DNA of 64,000 nucleotides from Zygnema circumcarinatum SAG 698-1b (taxonomy: Eukaryota; Plantae; Zygnematophyceae): positions 806,001-870,000 of the forward strand of contig CM074812.1 in assembly GCA_037447605.1 (NCBI GenBank), in the 5' to 3' direction. The first letter of the stretch is position 1. Each line of letters starts with the position of its first letter. Position numbers and translations under genes: made by a program. The notes beneath the pieces were generated by a model. The model did not search any database and was not told the DNA's origin. It saw nothing but the letters and a program-made list of their open reading frames with translations. Of the stretch, positions 62,101 through 64,000 are shown piece by piece.

Positions 62101-63827
62101 GCCATTTTTTCCATTCTTTACTAAATCGGCAAAGCACTTTCAAAATGCTATGCTCCGAGACTTACCCAAAGTACTTGGCCTTCCGGCTTGCCTTCGATCC
62201 TCTGCGCTCTTCGGTCTTTCCTTATGCTGAGACGCATCCTCAGTTCCTGTCTCAACTGCACCCGTTGATGCAGGAGGAGCTGACATGCACAAACGCCAAT
62301 CCGTACGAGATAAGAATACTACTATATTACTGACATACCAATAATTTTGTCCTCATGTGATTGTTAAGCGTGATTGAAGTCAAGAGCTGACGTCGATGCA
62401 TCACATGGAGGTCTCGACGACTTTGTTGTGGCTGCCTAACAGCCAAAGAACTTACAAAGGGCTGTTATGGATGACACAAGAGGCAGTCTGCAGGCTAAAC
62501 CAACAAGTCTGGAGGGACTTTCGAGAGCTACAAATGATTGCCTTTAATGAACATGAACATAACCGTAGACAATACCGTGTGGACGTAAATCCGGATTTTT
62601 CTCGGAGCCAAGGCTAGGAAAGTCTCCTCCCGACAACTGGAATTTTGCAGCCTGGTGAGCTTCTTCAGCCTGCAGCCAATGTAAGAATCAAAATCAATAA
62701 GTGGGTGAAAACCCGCGGTTGTCAAACCAATATCAAGCTATTTCCTTGAGCGACTTGCAAAGACCACTGCAAGGCTAGCCCACACCAAATGAGGGCTCCC
62801 TTCAATGACTTCATCAACACAGATACACTCAGGATGCAAGAAATACTTCTTGATGTAACTTGCTGATGGTGAGTTTCCAGAGCAGAACCATAGGACTCAC
62901 AAGCTTTTTTGCCCCAGTGCCGCTCCAAGCAGGAGTTAAAGCAGTAGCAGCTGAAGATGAGCCATCCCCAGGTTTCGAAAGTCCCATATATACTCCTGGT
63001 CCATGCCGAGCCTCTGCGCTATGGGGCCTTTGGGGTTGAGAGGGCTGCTCATAGCCGGCCTGCGACTGTACTGCTGATGCAGTAGCGGGTCTTGTCACCT
63101 GTCGCCAACTGCTACTAAGACCTCCCTGAATATCTCCACGATCTGCACCTGCCTCTGCAGATGAAGGGCGTGAACCACTTCCACCTGAATGGGGCCTCCC
63201 TTCTCCTATGCTGCTGCTTGCAGCTATTCCTGGCCATGGTCCACTCACAGAAGCTTCGCTCCCATGCTCCTGTTGCAAAGCATGGGCAGTGGTAGGGGTA
63301 GGGGCACCCCATGCATTTGGGGCAGAACTGCTGTTTGATGATCCCCAAGCACCTGTCGCAGAGGCAGACGTTGGGGGCGATTTCCCTGTTGCTGTTGAAG
63401 CTCCCCACGTAACAGTCCCCCTGTCCCAAACTCCACCTCCAGTCAGCACACTTCTTAAGCAAAAATACATTCGCCATACCATTCTTGAAAAGGAAGAGAT
63501 TGTAATCTATCGCTAATGTAGAAGAACCTATGCTGGTTTTCTCTCTAAATTAGAGTCGGCATTCATAATTACAATTGTACTCAAAGCCTCGAATAATATA
63601 CTCCAAAGTGTCATACTTTCATAATTTCCAAATTTAATTGAAGGAAAAATGTGGAATACAAGCCGCAGACCTCACAAACACAACTTGTTCAAGATAAGCT
63701 AACAGCATTCAAATGACAGCACTTCACATATCCACCGACTCAGCAGGTGTTAATAATGCAACATCTTTCAGTGAACTCACCGTGGTACAATCTCCACATT
63801 TGGATCCAAGCCCCGATTCTCCAACCT
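56146..63827 (-). CDS. MOS1: MODIFIER OF SNC1 1 / BAT2 (PRRC2)-like protein; 5' end beyond window end
   Basis: BAT2 N-terminal exons RLENRGLDPNVEIVPR (63781-63827) and GTVTWG (from ~63420). FQLSGGDFPSLGSEK at ~62580-62659. Exon ~59941-62006 ends WDYDAQ. Exon ~56260-59574 begins RAKLRENAQRAQQIRRAEEERIKEQRARAQAKLEELERR. Probable last exon 56146-56166. Confidence 0.88.
56590..56790 (-). repeat. Coding CAG/CAA/CAT repeat (polyQ/QH tract) in MOS1
   Basis: QQQQQQHQQHQQHQQHQQQQQHQQHQQHQQQQQHQQQQQQQ in the long exon. Confidence 0.9.
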
Positions 63828-64000
63828 GCGTATACATGACAACCAATCACTGGTCATGAACAAATCTTTTTACTCACAAAGTCATTTATGGTCATTACTT
63901 ATGAGCAGTATTACTTATTTCCCTTTATCAGCACCATTCTTCATCACCTTCGACTAGAGGTAAACGTTCATCACATAACTAAGGCTAACGGGATAGGATT

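Noticed and set aside
62930-63420. WG/GW motifs of MOS1 as an Argonaute hook
   Set aside because: They are few and fall in the BAT2 N-terminal region, where such Trp motifs are expected.

Overview
Eukaryotic, intron-rich DNA with plant-type genes and many GA/CT microsatellites. The likely source is a streptophyte alga or early-diverging land plant (inference from gene families and intron style only). Six spliced host genes can be reconstructed. On the minus strand: NOT4-like RING/RRM E3 ligase (<1-3897), PHR/PHL-type MYB-CC transcription factor (5617-~11208), UTP23 (12975-15399), TBC1D22/GYP1-like Rab-GAP (17562-≥20887) and MOS1/BAT2-like (56146->63827). On the plus strand: PP2A methylesterase PPME1 (49234-54339). 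The centre (~23.9-46.9 kb) is a nest of LTR retroelements, four levels deep at its deepest. A Ty3/gypsy element D (25530-46862, TSD GCGC) carries a copia G in its 3' LTR (TSD ATCAT) and a ~0.46-kb TRIM-like element A in its integrase region (TSD AATGT). A contains a gag-protease-only copia B, which contains a chromodomain gypsy C (TSD AGTGA). The most notable observations are: tRNA-like Pol III A/B boxes inside the short LTRs of the TRIM (a possible tRNA analogue of Cassandra); conserved gag leader ORFs inside the LTR U5 of copia and gypsy families; a tandem P1BS pair upstream of the PHR-like gene; and a PHR protein combining a PHR1-type N-terminal Trp motif with a long prion-like tail. Four N-gaps and patchy indel-rich tracts limit what can be concluded inside the nest. 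All similarity calls are by recognition from memory, not from database searches.
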